NCBI RefSeq assembly: GCF_009914755.1
Contig: NC_060925.1
Direction: 5' to 3' (one strand)
Origin: the human T2T-CHM13v2.0 reference genome, Homo sapiens
DNA: 64,000 bases
The notes under the pieces: generated by a model
The model's database searches: none
What the model saw: only the letters and a program-made list of their open reading frames with translations
Told to the model about the DNA's origin: nothing
In this document: one piece after another, positions 30,585 through 43,722 of the stretch
How the letters are laid out: the number at the start of each line of letters is the position of its first letter
Numbering within the stretch: position 1 is the stretch's first letter
Translations under genes and position numbers: made by a program

Positions 30585-31048
30585 GCCACAGGATGACACT
30601 TTATGTTTAGAGTAGTTGTGTACAAATGAATATGCCTTTGTAATACAGTGAATTATTTGACGTGCAATTTTGTTAACCTGTAATTTGCCAGCTGATAGAT
30701 CAATATATTAAAATCCTCAACTTGAGGTTTGCATTAGCATTTTTAGGTAAAGGACATGGTCAGCAGGGTAAATTTCATCCAAACTTTTAATAGAATTACA
30801 ACACAGTAATTGTACATTAATGAATGCATTAAGAACAATTACAAAATAACAATGGGGTATTACTTCATTTAGATCAAATAGTTTACATAATATAAATGTA
30901 GCATGGTTTTCTTTTGGCTAAGGATTAAAGAATATGCTTTTGAATAAGACTTTCTTTCCCTAGTAGTAAGCTAATGTTATCAGATTTATCTTTTTTATTT
31001 GTTTGTTTTTCTCCCTCCTCTCTCTTTCTTCCTTTTTTTCTTCCTTCA

Positions 31049-31383
<335 letters not shown>

Positions 31384-31580
31384 TCAGAATTTTATTGTAA
31401 ATAATAATATGCTTATTTTCTTATCACCTGGATTCATAAATTCTTGGAAGAAACAATGTTAAAATATTTCCTTGAAAAATAAAAAGCATGTCCATGAGTA
31501 TGTTACACGTGTTATTATCTGAAGAATTATTACATAGTTGCATCATGATGGAATTATTTAATCATTTGGGACTTTGTTAG

Positions 31581-31893
<313 letters not shown>

Positions 31894-31969
31894 TATTCTG
31901 CACTTTTTTTAAGACAAGAAATCATATGGAGGAGAAAAACAAGAACAAACACAAACAAAATAGAAGTCC

Positions 31970-32338
31970 TGCTGAGATCTGAATATTTGTGTCCATGCCC
32001 ACTCCCCAAATGTACATATTGAACTTCCCTTTCCCAAAGCGATAATATTAGGAGGTGGAGCCTTTGGAAGGTGAATTGGGTGGGGGCAGAGCCCTCTTAA
32101 ATAGTATTAATGTTCTTAGAAAAGAAGCCAGAGAAAGATAGACTTCTCATCCCTTTTACCATGTGAGGTTTCAATTAGAAGGCTATCTATGAGGAAGAGA
32201 GTGCTCACCAGACACCCAATGTGCCAGCCTCTAGATTGTATACTTCTTCACCTCTAGAACAGTGAGAAATAAATTTCTGTTGCTTATAAGTTACCCAGTC
32301 TTTGGTATTTTGTTATAGCAACCTACACAGAAAAACAC
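31970..32338 (+). mobile_element. MLT1A-type MaLR solo LTR, followed by (CA)n
   Basis: tattaggaggtggagcctttggaaggtga...ctcaccagacacc...agaacagtgagaaataaatttctgttg...tattttgttatagca. Confidence 0.85.
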
Positions 32339-32532
32339 ACACACACACACACTACAAACAATTACAAGTCTGTTAGCATTTTGCTTGCTTAATAGATATT
32401 ATAACAGTTTAATTAAAACACTATATGTACTTCATTTCCTGATTGGGAGAAGAGAGATATTTTTAAATAAACAAAAATCAGATTTAATATTTTTTCTTTA
32501 ATATTGGTATAATTTACTTTGTGTTTGCTTCT

Positions 32533-32916
32533 TGTATTAGTCTGTTCTCACGCTGCTGTGAAGAAATACCCGAGACTAGGTAATTTATAAAGAAAAGGGG
32601 TTTAATTGACTCACAGTTCCTCATGGCTGGTGGGGTGGCCTCAGGAAACTTACAATCTGCTGGAAGGCACTTTTTCACAGGGCAGCAGGAGAGAGAATGA
32701 GTGCTAGCAGGGGAAATGCCCAACGCTTATAAAATCACCAGATCTCATAAGAAGTCACACATATGAATATGGAGTGACTTTCTATCATGAGAACAGCATG
32801 AAGGAAACCATATCCATGATTCAATTACTTCCCACCAGGTCTCTCCCATGACACATGGGTATTATGGATTACAATTCAAGATGAGATTTGGGTGGGGACA
32901 CAGCCAAACCATATCA
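32533..32916 (-). mobile_element. THE1-type MaLR solo LTR
   Basis: tgtattagtctgttctcacgctgct...gagatttgggtggggacacagccaaaccatatca; perfect 5-bp TSD cttct. Confidence 0.95.
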
Positions 32917-35251
32917 CTTCTCAACAAATTCTGCACAAATTGAAGTTTTGTGCTCTAAATTTTATTTTTCATGAGTATACTAGAGCTATTTTGTATTCAT
33001 TTCTGATTTTTCTTCAGAAGTAATGTATATTCAGTGTTAAGTCCTGCAGTCCTTCAGCCTCTTTATTAAGTGGTTAATGATTTGTAAACAAACATTTAAA
33101 TTTAAAAGTGAATTAAGGAAACCTAAAAGCCTTGTGAAAAATTATTTTCTAGTTTGTTCCAATGTTTTGAAAATTTAATCTAGGTAGGGGCCTAGGATTG
33201 ATATTTTATTCTACAAGCATTTGCATAACATCTTCCAAGACAAAAACTGTCTTAAAATTTCAGAAATATTGTATTCAATTGGGTTCTGTGGGCCTGATTA
33301 GCAAGGTCTATTCCAAGTCAAAACCTTTGATTTGTGGTCAGGGAGAGCTATGATACAATTTTATTCATATCATATACTTTAAATACACTTTAAAGTATAA
33401 ATTTCAGTTGAAGTCTGATATTGATTACCTAAGAAAAAAATTAGAATCAATTATGTATTTTTGTTTCTTATGTGATATTAAAATATTATATAATTTTCCT
33501 TATATTCAAGTTTGATAATAAAATATTAATAATATTTATGATGTGCAAGAAAAGAATTTCTTTTTAATTCATTTAGGCTTATGAAAAAGATATATTAGAA
33601 GAAACATAAGAAATTTACATAATTATTTTTATTCTGTCTCCTACTATGGTCCATTGATTACTTCTTTGTCTACACAAAAACTGTGTGCTTTATGAGGGTG
33701 AAGATTATGCTTATCCATCATTCCAAATTAGCAGTTTTGTTATTTATTTTAATTCTCTAGTTAATCTTCTTGACATCTCATTGCAACCCAGGCATGGGTT
33801 AAAATATTTAGGAATTCAATTTCTATTATTTTTATAGTTGCAATCAGATTGATTGATATTAATATTCACCATTCCTTCTTTCTCTATTATTTGTTGCATA
33901 TTCTCTGATATGCAAACAGTTACAGGATTTACATTAGGCTTTACTGTATTCTCAAACAATTTGGTGAGTTGTTTGGGAATTCTCATGGGTCAAAAAGGTT
34001 GTTCCAATAGTATCACTCAGCACTTAAACACTCATGAGTTGATGAGCTGTTATTGTAGTAAATACTCCATTCCCATTACTGTTCTAATTAATTTCCATGA
34101 TGATGTTTAGGTGGCAGTTGGGTGGTATAGGGTTGGGAAATCCATACTCTTTATTTTATTATCTTTGTCTTTTTCAGTTATATTTAGTTGCTTTAAAAAG
34201 TTACAGATTTTCTAAGCCTTTTAAAATCAAGTTTGTAAAATGGGAAATGATCCGTCTGTGGAAAAACTGTATCTAAATGTTTAACTGATTAATACATCAT
34301 TAAGACACTTTTCAGAGTAAAATATTGCACTGTTAATACTGTAGATATGCATTAGAAAACAAAGCAAAATGAAGATGTCTTGCCACGCAAATTTAGTTGT
34401 TTACGTCTAGTGTAGTGTGTTAAGACACAAGTAATGTATTGACTTCCACAAGTCTTCAGGCACCAGGGCCAAGTTTTAGCCAGTATCTTTATGTTTTCAT
34501 TAAAACATGTTTCTCTTACAGAAAAGTGCTTTTTTTAAGAGGACAATAAAACAGAAACTTAGTGACTAGATTGGTTAAAGGCCCAGGGGATCATACATCT
34601 CAGTAGCATTCATGTATTTCAGTAGCATTGATTCTGAAGAAAGAAGTTATTTACATTCAAAATGTAGAAATTTTTGTTTTAATTAATTAGTTTTTCTTTT
34701 TAATTCAACACATTCCTCCTTTAATTTATTCAGTGAGGGAATGGGATTATATTAATTAGCATACCTTATATGAAATTTGCAAATGATATAATATAAGCTT
34801 CTCTCAATATTATTTGATTAATATGCAAGCAATCTGAAAATGGACGCATGGTCATACCTAGCTTCTCAGAATAGGAAAATCTATTAACTGAACAACCAAC
34901 CAACCAATCAATGAACCAAAAGTATTTTTAAAACTTTTAAAAGTATTTTTTAAAATTACTGATTCTAACTTGATTTATGGGGATCAATTGAAATAAAGGC
35001 AATATGAGTTTAGGTAGAGTATGTACAATAGATTATTTCAACTTTAAATCACTCATATTCCTTTTGTGGCTGAAATCTTTTGACTACTATCTTGGATGAC
35101 TGTATCTAGACACAGTGCTTTTAACAAAGCTATCAATCTAACTGGAATATAAACATGAACATTACTGATTTTCAGAGTATGCACAATAGACCTTTTGTGT
35201 CAATGGCAATTTTAACCATAACGTGTTGATGTGACACGTTATCACCATATA

Positions 35252-35306
35252 TTAAAATGGTGCAAAAGTCATGGCAAAAACCGCAGTCACTTTTGCACCA
35301 AACTAA
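35252..35306. mobile_element. MADE1 (Hsmar1 MITE), internally deleted
   Basis: tggtgcaaaagt...atggcaaaaaccgcagtcacttttgcaccaaactaa, flanked by TA on both sides. Confidence 0.85.
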
Positions 35307-35747
35307 TATTTATATTTCTTCATGTGTAACTAATATTTTACATAAGGAAAGTATAAATAAAATAGTGTCAGATGTGGCAAGTGTGAAAAAATACATCCCA
35401 AAAATTTTTAAATCAATTGATGACTAGTTTTCAGTAAATGGATGGGTTACTTTTAGTCTCATTAGACATAAGAAATGAACAAAAGCAATTCTTTTCTTAA
35501 AAAATCACATTTTAGAGAGGTAGAAATTAAAGACATGATACTGAAGAGAAAGTTTAAGTCAAATTATGTTTCTAAAAGACTGTAAGAAAATGAAAGTCAT
35601 AATTTAAGAACATCAAGGTGAAGAAAATTCTTTCTACGAAGGAGTATGTTAGCAACAGCAATGTGACTCTGACCATACATGCTAGAAATCATGAGGACAC
35701 AGTGTTGGCAGCATAAATACAATGTGTTATGAAGCTCTGCATACTAT

Positions 35748-35749
<2 letters not shown>

Positions 35750-35793
<44 letters not shown>
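35750..35793. repeat. (GT)~22 microsatellite
   Basis: Perfect dinucleotide run. Confidence 0.95.
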
Positions 35794-35796
<3 letters not shown>

Positions 35797-36367
35797 GGGA
35801 AGGGTAATTGTGCCTACCATTCAAAAGAGTAAAAACTCATTTTTTTTCATTTCAAAATCAAAGTAAAATATATAGAGATTGTTCTATACGTCACTGGTTA
35901 AAAACTAGCTGAAACTAATAACCCACTACAAAAATTTTTACTGAAAAGTGTTTCTACTTTTATATCTCAGTACTGACAAATATAACTGATCAGTTAACTA
36001 CTGAAAAGTACATATACACACATGAGCATACAACATGTTTATAGGTGGTATTAGTTCAGTGTTTTAACATGTTAAAGGCTCCTTTTCTATTATTGGATCA
36101 TTCTCTATATTTTCATATCTATTTTTCTTTATGAATGAAATTTTTTTGTGGAGTTTTTCAAGTCTGTAATAAAATTCTTGTTAAATAGAGTTCATAAGGC
36201 TTGGATAAAAGGAATTATAGCTATCTATATATACCAATCCAGATATGTATGTATGTTTCATAAAATATGTTTTGAAGGCAGACATAGAACTGGGAATTAT
36301 CTTTAAAACCAAACTGAAAAGGATACATAGCGGAGTGTAGTGACTATCAAACTCACTTTAATGCCCC

Positions 36368-36660
36368 TTTTTTTTTTTTTGCGACCGTGTCTCACTCTAT
36401 TGCCCAGGTTGGAGTATAGTGTCACGATCTCGTGTCACTGCAACTTCCCCGTCCTAGGTTCAAGGGATTCTCATGCCTCAGCCTCCCAAGTAGCTAGAAT
36501 TACAGGCGTGTACCACCAAGCCTGGCTAATTCTTGTATTTTTAGTATAAACAGGGTTTCACCATGTTGGCCAGGCTGGCCTTGAACTCCTGACCTCAAGT
36601 GATTAGCCCTCCTTGGCCTCCCAAAGTGCTGGGATTATAGGCGTGAGCCACTGCGCTAAG
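36368..36660 (-). mobile_element. Alu (older S/J type)
   Basis: Reverse dimer; degenerate TSD tttaatgcccctttt / tttagtgcccattct. Confidence 0.95.
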
Positions 36661-37856
36661 TTTAGTGCCCATTCTTACAAGGAAGTTCTGTTTTGGGAGA
36701 TTCACTCTTAGAAGTAGCCAATAATTTCTGTGATATAATTTAGTACACAGATAGATATGATCATAGTTAGGTGTAATATTTTCTAACTTCAGGTTTAGTT
36801 TTCCACTGTTGATTTTTGATGGTTTATTCAAGGTTAATTTGGCCATGGAGAACAATATAATATTATTTATTCTGAGGATCAATCCATTTTACATAAAATA
36901 GCAGATGTTTAGGTATGTGGTTTAGATGATAGCCATCAGAAAATTAAGGCTAATTTCTATGAAAATAAATAAAGTACTAGGAGTCCCTGGACTCTATTCC
37001 TAAGAAATCTTACCCCAAACCTCCAGACCTTTCCTTATAGGTTTGAATTATTTACTTTGCAATAATAAGATGAAGAGTTGTAAGAATTCTAACTGCCTAA
37101 CTTTAGGGGATAAAATGAATTAAATAATATGAAGTGTCAACAACTCTATCTCCAAAGATACGTACTTAAGATTAGCCATTGCAGGAGACAATACTGAAGA
37201 TAAGATTCATTCATTTCCATTTATTCCACTTGAAATGCCATCTGCTTTTCTTCATTTGCTTTTCAGAACAAGCATTCCTTCCACATCAGTGTACTGTCTG
37301 ACCACAGTTTAAAAAGCCAAAGTGAAAACTACACTGTATTTCTGTTGAAAATGTTTTTATTGATTAGGTAGTCTGGGAATAGTGTTGACTTATAGAAAGT
37401 GTCTGCATTGTCAAGCCCAAGTTTTAATTACACAGTAACCACTTTGAAGACTAGAATAGTTTTTAATTTTCCCCAATTTCTGAAAGTTAAATTGTCCCTC
37501 CCAAGCAACATAATGTGTAGTGAGTTTAAATTTTTCCTACAAGATTTTGCTTACGTTATTTATTAACTATTAAAATTATAAACAATATCATCATCAATCT
37601 GGACCTTTTAATACAGATTAATCCTGAATGTCATAGTAACTAGGAATTTATTAGGTTTGAAGGTCATTTTAGAGTGGATTAAGATTATATATGTGATTCT
37701 AACTCAGATAGAGGAGGTTCCTGCGGGGCCATGAATGGAATAAGTTAAATCTTTGCTTTCTACTCAGAGTCTATGTAAACACAGAAAAAATATAAGAACT
37801 AACCCCAGGCAATGACTTGGTACTGTTTAAAGAAAGCATTCTTCCTTATTTTCTAG

Positions 37857-37980
37857 AACTCAGAAGTGATTCTCTACTGAAATGATACAGTGTGCCCCAA
37901 AGACATTGCATTAGAACAATGGTAATGGCAGGACTCTATGCCCATGATTTCAGGATACTTCTTCTAGGAATTAACTATAT
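37857..37980 (+). other. Candidate 124-bp internal exon (non-coding or 5'UTR/start exon)
   Basis: Acceptor cattcttccttattttctag| and donor TAT|gtaagt in unique sequence; all three frames have early stops; no transcript evidence available. Confidence 0.4.
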
Positions 37981-38304
37981 GTAAGTGTCTTTTTTATTGA
38001 AAATATTGGACTAGCTACATCGAGATGCCTTTCTGGGTTTTTTTGCCATTAGCCAATTATGTTAGTTTTATGCTTTTGCTTTATTTCATAAGAGAATTTC
38101 ACATTAAAGTCGATAGAAAAAATAGTAATTGTCATTGAATTTGATCCCCTATTTAGTAATTTCCAATTTGCTTTCCCATAGAAAATCTGGCTTATTAGTT
38201 TTTCAGATATAAACTGATTATCCGTAATTGATTTTTATAAAACTAGTCATGATTAGAAATTAAAAATTGGATATAATATAGTTATTATTAATTCAAAAAT
38301 AAAG

Positions 38305-39561
38305 GGAAAAACTCTGTTTTTTATTCCTTAATTCAAAGAACACTTCTGACACCAAGTATTTGGGTTTTTTCTACACCAGCCAGCTCCTCAACCTTTCAGA
38401 CACTCACAGGATGTTTTACCAGTCCAATTCTGGCACAAACTACCTGGTGTTAGTACAGACACCACAGGTTAAAGTCTCAGCCCCACAAGACTGCCACCTA
38501 CTTCAGACACCAATTGCAAATAGTGAGTTTCCATACTTCTGCCTGAGTTGGCAACAAACAAGGGATTCCTATGACTCCTTCTTCAGGTTCAATAATTTGC
38601 TCTGATAGCTCACAGAACACAGGGAAAAATTTAAATTTGGCTGCTTTATTACGAATGATATGGATACAGATGAACAGCCAAATGAAGAGGTACATAAGCA
38701 AGGTCTGGAAGGGTCCCAAGCACAGGAGCTTCTGTCCCTATGGAGTTGAGGTGTGATATGATTTAGCTGTGTCCCCATCCAAATCTCATCTTAAATTGTA
38801 GCTCCCATAATCCCTACATGTTGTGGGAGGGACCTGGTAGAGGTAATTGAATCATGGCGGTAGGTTTTTCCCATGCTGCTCTTGTGATAGTGAATAAGTC
38901 TCACCAGATCTGATGGTTTTATAAAGGGCACTTCTTCTGCACACACTCTGTTGCCTGCCACCACGTAAGATGTGCCTTTGCTCCTCCTTCACTTTCCACC
39001 ATGATTGTGAGGCCTTCACAGCCATGTGAAACTGTGAGCCCATTAAACCTCTTTCCTTTAAAAATTACTCAGTCTTGGGTATGTCCTTAATAGCAGTGTG
39101 AGAATGGACTAATACAGGGTGCACCACCCTCCCAGCACATGGATGTGCTTGCCAACCCAAAGTTTCTTGAAAATCCATACTTTGAGGATTTTTATGGAGG
39201 CTTCATCACTTAGGAATAGTATATTATCAACTCAATCTTCAATTCTTCTTCCTTTCATGAAGGATGGAGAGTAGCACTGAAATTTCCAAGCTTCTAATGA
39301 TGCTGTGGTCTTTCAGGTGACCAGACCCCATCCGAAGCTATCCAGAAGTTCATCAATAGTCACCTCACTAGAAAAGGCACTCCTATCACCTAGAAAATTA
39401 CAAAATACTTAGAATTTTTGTGCCAGGATCCAAAGACAAAATATTAAAAAAAAAAAAAAGGATGCTCCGAGCATGCCTATCACATAGGAAATTATAAGAG
39501 TTTTAGGAACTCTGAGCCAGGAAACAAGAATAAAGACCAAATACATATTTCTTATATCACA
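38305..39561 (-). mobile_element. MER21-type LTR split by THE1
   Basis: cacttctgacacca...ccacaagactgcc...gggtcccaagcacaggagcttctgtcc on the left; gggtgcaccaccctccc...aagaccaaatacatatttcttatatcaca on the right. Confidence 0.85.
38754..39116 (+). mobile_element. THE1B/C-type solo LTR nested in MER21
   Basis: tgatatgatttagctgtgtcccc...gagaatggactaataca; 5-bp TSD aggtg/gggtg. Confidence 0.95.
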
Positions 39562-39737
39562 ACTTGCAATACAAAAGAACCTATATTTTATTATTCAGCT
39601 TATTTTTAAGTGTGAGTAAAGCAAGGCCATGTATATATGCATGTATGTGGTAGACAGCAACTGAGAAGGGTGTTTTTTATTCTTCTGAAGATAATTAAAC
39701 ACACTAGAGAAAACATATTGACTTCTTTGAAATAAAG

Positions 39738-40879
39738 TGTGGTAGGTGAAATAACGGCTCCCTCCCAAATGTCCACATCTGTGAATATATGACCTTCATG
39801 GCAAAAGGAACTTTGCAGATGTAATTGTAGCTGAACAATCTAGCCTGGAAATGCATTTTACAACTGTTTTTTTTTTCCTTTTTCTCTTTTTTCCATAGTC
39901 TCAAGATATAACCTTGGAACTTACTGCAGAAACATTATTTCCTTCTTCTTAGTCTTAAAATATAGCCTTGAAATGTACTTTCCTTGAAACACCACATCCC
40001 TCCCTTTCTCACCCCCCCTTATACCATGCACATTTTTCTAACCATATGCTTGTATCTAATTTTGTTCTTATTTAGAAGTTCCAGAGGCTAATCTTGAGAC
40101 AGACCAAGCATAGAGACCCAACTCCAAAATCCCAGAGATTACCTTAAGGCAGCTCATCAACAACCCAGCTATTACTGAGGTGATACCAGACCATGCTCTC
40201 AGTGGACCATGGCTTGATATAGCCACTGGAACAAGCCACACAGACCTTGTACTCCCCAGCCCTCCCTAATGTCTTCCATTCCAGGTTATCCTTTTAAAGT
40301 CCCTCTCTCCAGCGTAAGGCTTCAAGTGGTTACTTTGGATGTGAATTTGGCCACTTCTTCATTACTAGTTTTGGTAAATAATGTCACTTTATTTCTACCA
40401 CACCTCACTCTTGTTATTGGGCTTTGCAAGCAGCAAGTAGCCAGACCTGTGTTGAGTTACATGATTGAGTATGGACCTTCAAATAGGAAGATTACTCTGG
40501 ATTATACTGGTGGATCCAATCTAATCATGTGAATCCTTAAAAGTAGAGAACCTTTCCAGTTTGGGTCAGATAGAAAGATGTGAAGATGAAAGAAGAATTA
40601 GACAGATGCAGCATTGCTGCTTTTGAAGGTGAAAGAAAAGGACCACAAGCCAAGGAATGTGGGTGGCCTCTAAAAGCTGGTAGAAGCAAGGAAACCGATT
40701 CTTGTTTAGAGCCCTGCTGACACCCTGATTTTAGCCCTAGGAGACCCACATATGACTTCCAACCTACAGAACTGTAAATGATACATTTTGTTTAGATCAT
40801 TAACTGTAAGATAATACATTTGTGTTTAGACCATTAAAGGTGTGGTGATTTGTTACAGCAGCAATGGAAAATGAATACA
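39738..40879 (+). mobile_element. MLT1D-type LTR split by an ERV1 LTR
   Basis: tgtggtagg...catggcaaaaggaactttgcagatg on the left; tgatt...gccaaggaatgtgggtggcctcta...ctgacaccctgattttagccc...tgaataca on the right. Confidence 0.88.
39826..40461 (+). mobile_element. ERV1 solo LTR (MER66-like) nested in MLT1D
   Basis: tgta...taca ends; 4-bp TSD taat/tgat; aaatgcatttta...agtctcaagatataaccttg; subfamily uncertain. Confidence 0.75.
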
Positions 40880-42123
40880 AAAGTATTGTTTTATTAAAAA
40901 AAAAAAGACTGCCTTTCTGATTTCTCTCCTAGTTTGGATGAGTTCTCTTATTGTCAAAAGAGATTCATTTAATCAAGTTGTGCTATACTGATGTGTGTTG
41001 CAGAAAGCTTGTGATATTCTAAGTAAAAAGGTGTTTTTGTATATTTCATCAGTCCTTCAAAACTTAGGGAGATATAAACACCTCTCTTTTTTCAGTAGTA
41101 TCTATTTCATTGTTCTTTTCATTAAATGAAGAATATTATATTATCAGTGACAGAATCACACATCTTTTAGATTTTCCCAGCAGTTATAAAACTCTTCCAT
41201 CCATCATCTCAGACTGCTGATTCCAACCTTTACCTTAAGCATTATTGGTTAATACTTGAGGCTTGTTTTCCTCAACATGAGATGGACAAATAAAGGCTAC
41301 CTAGTAAATTCAGTACCAATTTTTCATTTCTTCCTCTTTTTTATTTTTTCTTTCTATAATTGCCTCTATTATTTCATTGGTAGTTAGTAGAAATAAACTA
41401 TTTAGAAAGACAAAAATTGATGCTGCCAGTATCCAGGACTTTCCACTCCACAACAATACAGGAAGGAGCAGTGTAGGCACATAGCAGTGTCTAACATTCT
41501 TTAAAGAAACATTCTCATGGCATCCTTAGCCACTGTCAGTTCCACTTGGATCAGAAATGAAGGCTGAGAAGCACCTCAAGCCTCTCCCAGATACAGACAG
41601 TGTTTCCTAAATGCCTAGGAATCCTTTTCTTGCCTACTTGACACTAATCCACCTAAGTTTCTAAAATGGTTTCATTTTATTTCAAAGGTATAACAGGAAA
41701 AAGGTGAGAATATTGTCTGAAATCCATTTTATTGCACAGAATAACACATTCATTTTTGTGTGGCTGGTATCATCAAATTCAAGCCTGTAACCTTGGACTT
41801 GTCAATATAGGGATACCCTTTCTTCCAAAATGAATGTTAGACTTTTGGTTTATGCTTTCCAGGTAATTCTTTTTAAAAAATTATCTCTGTTGTTAGTTCT
41901 GAAATGACTATCTATGCAGATAAATAAAAATACCAGAACTTATATTTTGAATGTAGTTCAAATATTTGATCTACTAGTAAAATATGCAAATAATAAGAAT
42001 CAATGCATGTCAAAAATGTGTGTCTGATTTCTACAAGTCTGCTGTAAATTGTTCTTATCAGAGCAGTAAAAACTCTACTATAAAAACAAAATTAACCTAA
42101 AAGTATCATGAGTTATGAAATTG

Positions 42124-42179
42124 ACACACGCACACACACACACACTACACACACACACACACACATACACACACACACA
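42124..42179. repeat. Imperfect (CA)n microsatellite
   Basis: Read directly. Confidence 0.9.
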
Positions 42180-42924
42180 AGATCTAAGGGGAAATGTTTC
42201 CAATCCCTTCACAAACTAAATGCTGTATTGACAAGACTGTTCCGTGTGTTAAATTACTCTCATCTGTAATTATTATATTATGAGCAACAAGGTAGCTTTT
42301 ACATCACGTAGAGGATTATGCTAAAAAAAACCTAAATAAACTTATGGCAATTTTTGTAGTGAGCAGAGATGTACATTTAATACAGATAGCACATTTTACA
42401 TTTTGCTGAGATATTAGCTTAATTTTTCCTTTAGATTTTTCCAGAATGTGTGTATTTTATCCAGAAAATGATGCATGTTTTTAATTTTGGTGACATGTTA
42501 TATTGATGCAATGCCATATGAGTAAGGATTTATTACTGTTATGTGCTGCAACACTTTAGGTGATGCACAAAAGGAGCCAGCTTGCTTCCAAAATCCACTG
42601 CTTCTTTATTTAGATTCCTGACGTGATGCTCTGTTGCCAAATGCAAAACATATTGCACTGCCTTGTCAATTTTTTTTTCTTTGTTAACAAGGTCACTCAA
42701 ATGTAGTGTTTACAAATTGTAAATTCTGCTTAATATATTAAATAATGGCTAAAGGCTGAGAAGTCAAAAGGTTGTTCTTTACATTAATCTACTTTTTTAA
42801 AAAATTGTCTTATTTTATTGTCATTACTTTCTATCCAACCAGGAAAATGATGCTATATTTTTATTTTTGCTTTTTTCATTTCAAGGTGCTATTGCTATAA
42901 AAATAATAATATCACTAGTATCTT

Positions 42925-43168
42925 CAATAATAATAATCATAGTTCACACTTACATGGCACTTTTTATGGTTGAGGCACTGTTCTAAGCACTTTACATATG
43001 TTAATTCAACTTTCATAAGTCCTTTAAGGTCATTACTATTATTATCCCCATTTCGTAGGTGAGTCTGATATACAGAAAATAGAAAAATGTGTTCAGTTTC
43101 TGATTGATGGAGCTTGCATTTGAATCCCAGTACTCTGGTTTCAGAGTCTATGCTTTTAATCCCTATGA
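42925..43168 (-). mobile_element. MIR
   Basis: aggcactgttctaagcactttacat...tactattattatccccatttcgtaggtgag...atttgaatcccag. Confidence 0.88.
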
Positions 43169-43353
43169 TAAACCAAAGTTAAAAATAATTTATGTAAATT
43201 TTTTCATATGAAAAACAATGACAAAAAGCTAACAATTTTTGAAATGTTTTGGATATTTTCTAATGATTGTTTGACAATTTCCATAATAAATAGTAAATAG
43301 AATTTATGTGAAATTTTGTGAAAATATAGAGAATCACCATTCTCCTCTTATTC

Positions 43354-43419
43354 TATATATATATACGTGTATATATATATACACGCATATATATATACAC
43401 GCATATATATATATATATA
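43354..43419. repeat. (TA)n-rich microsatellite abutting the AluY tail
   Basis: Read directly. Confidence 0.85.

Positions 43420-43722
<303 letters not shown>

Noticed and set aside
35218-35242. 9-bp inverted repeat ataacgtgt...acacgttat next to MADE1
   Set aside because: Short enough to occur by chance in 64 kb; no other support
35252-35306. MADE1 hairpin as a possible miR-548-type precursor
   Set aside because: About a third of the element, including much of one arm, is deleted, leaving only a ~12-bp stem, too short for a pre-miRNA
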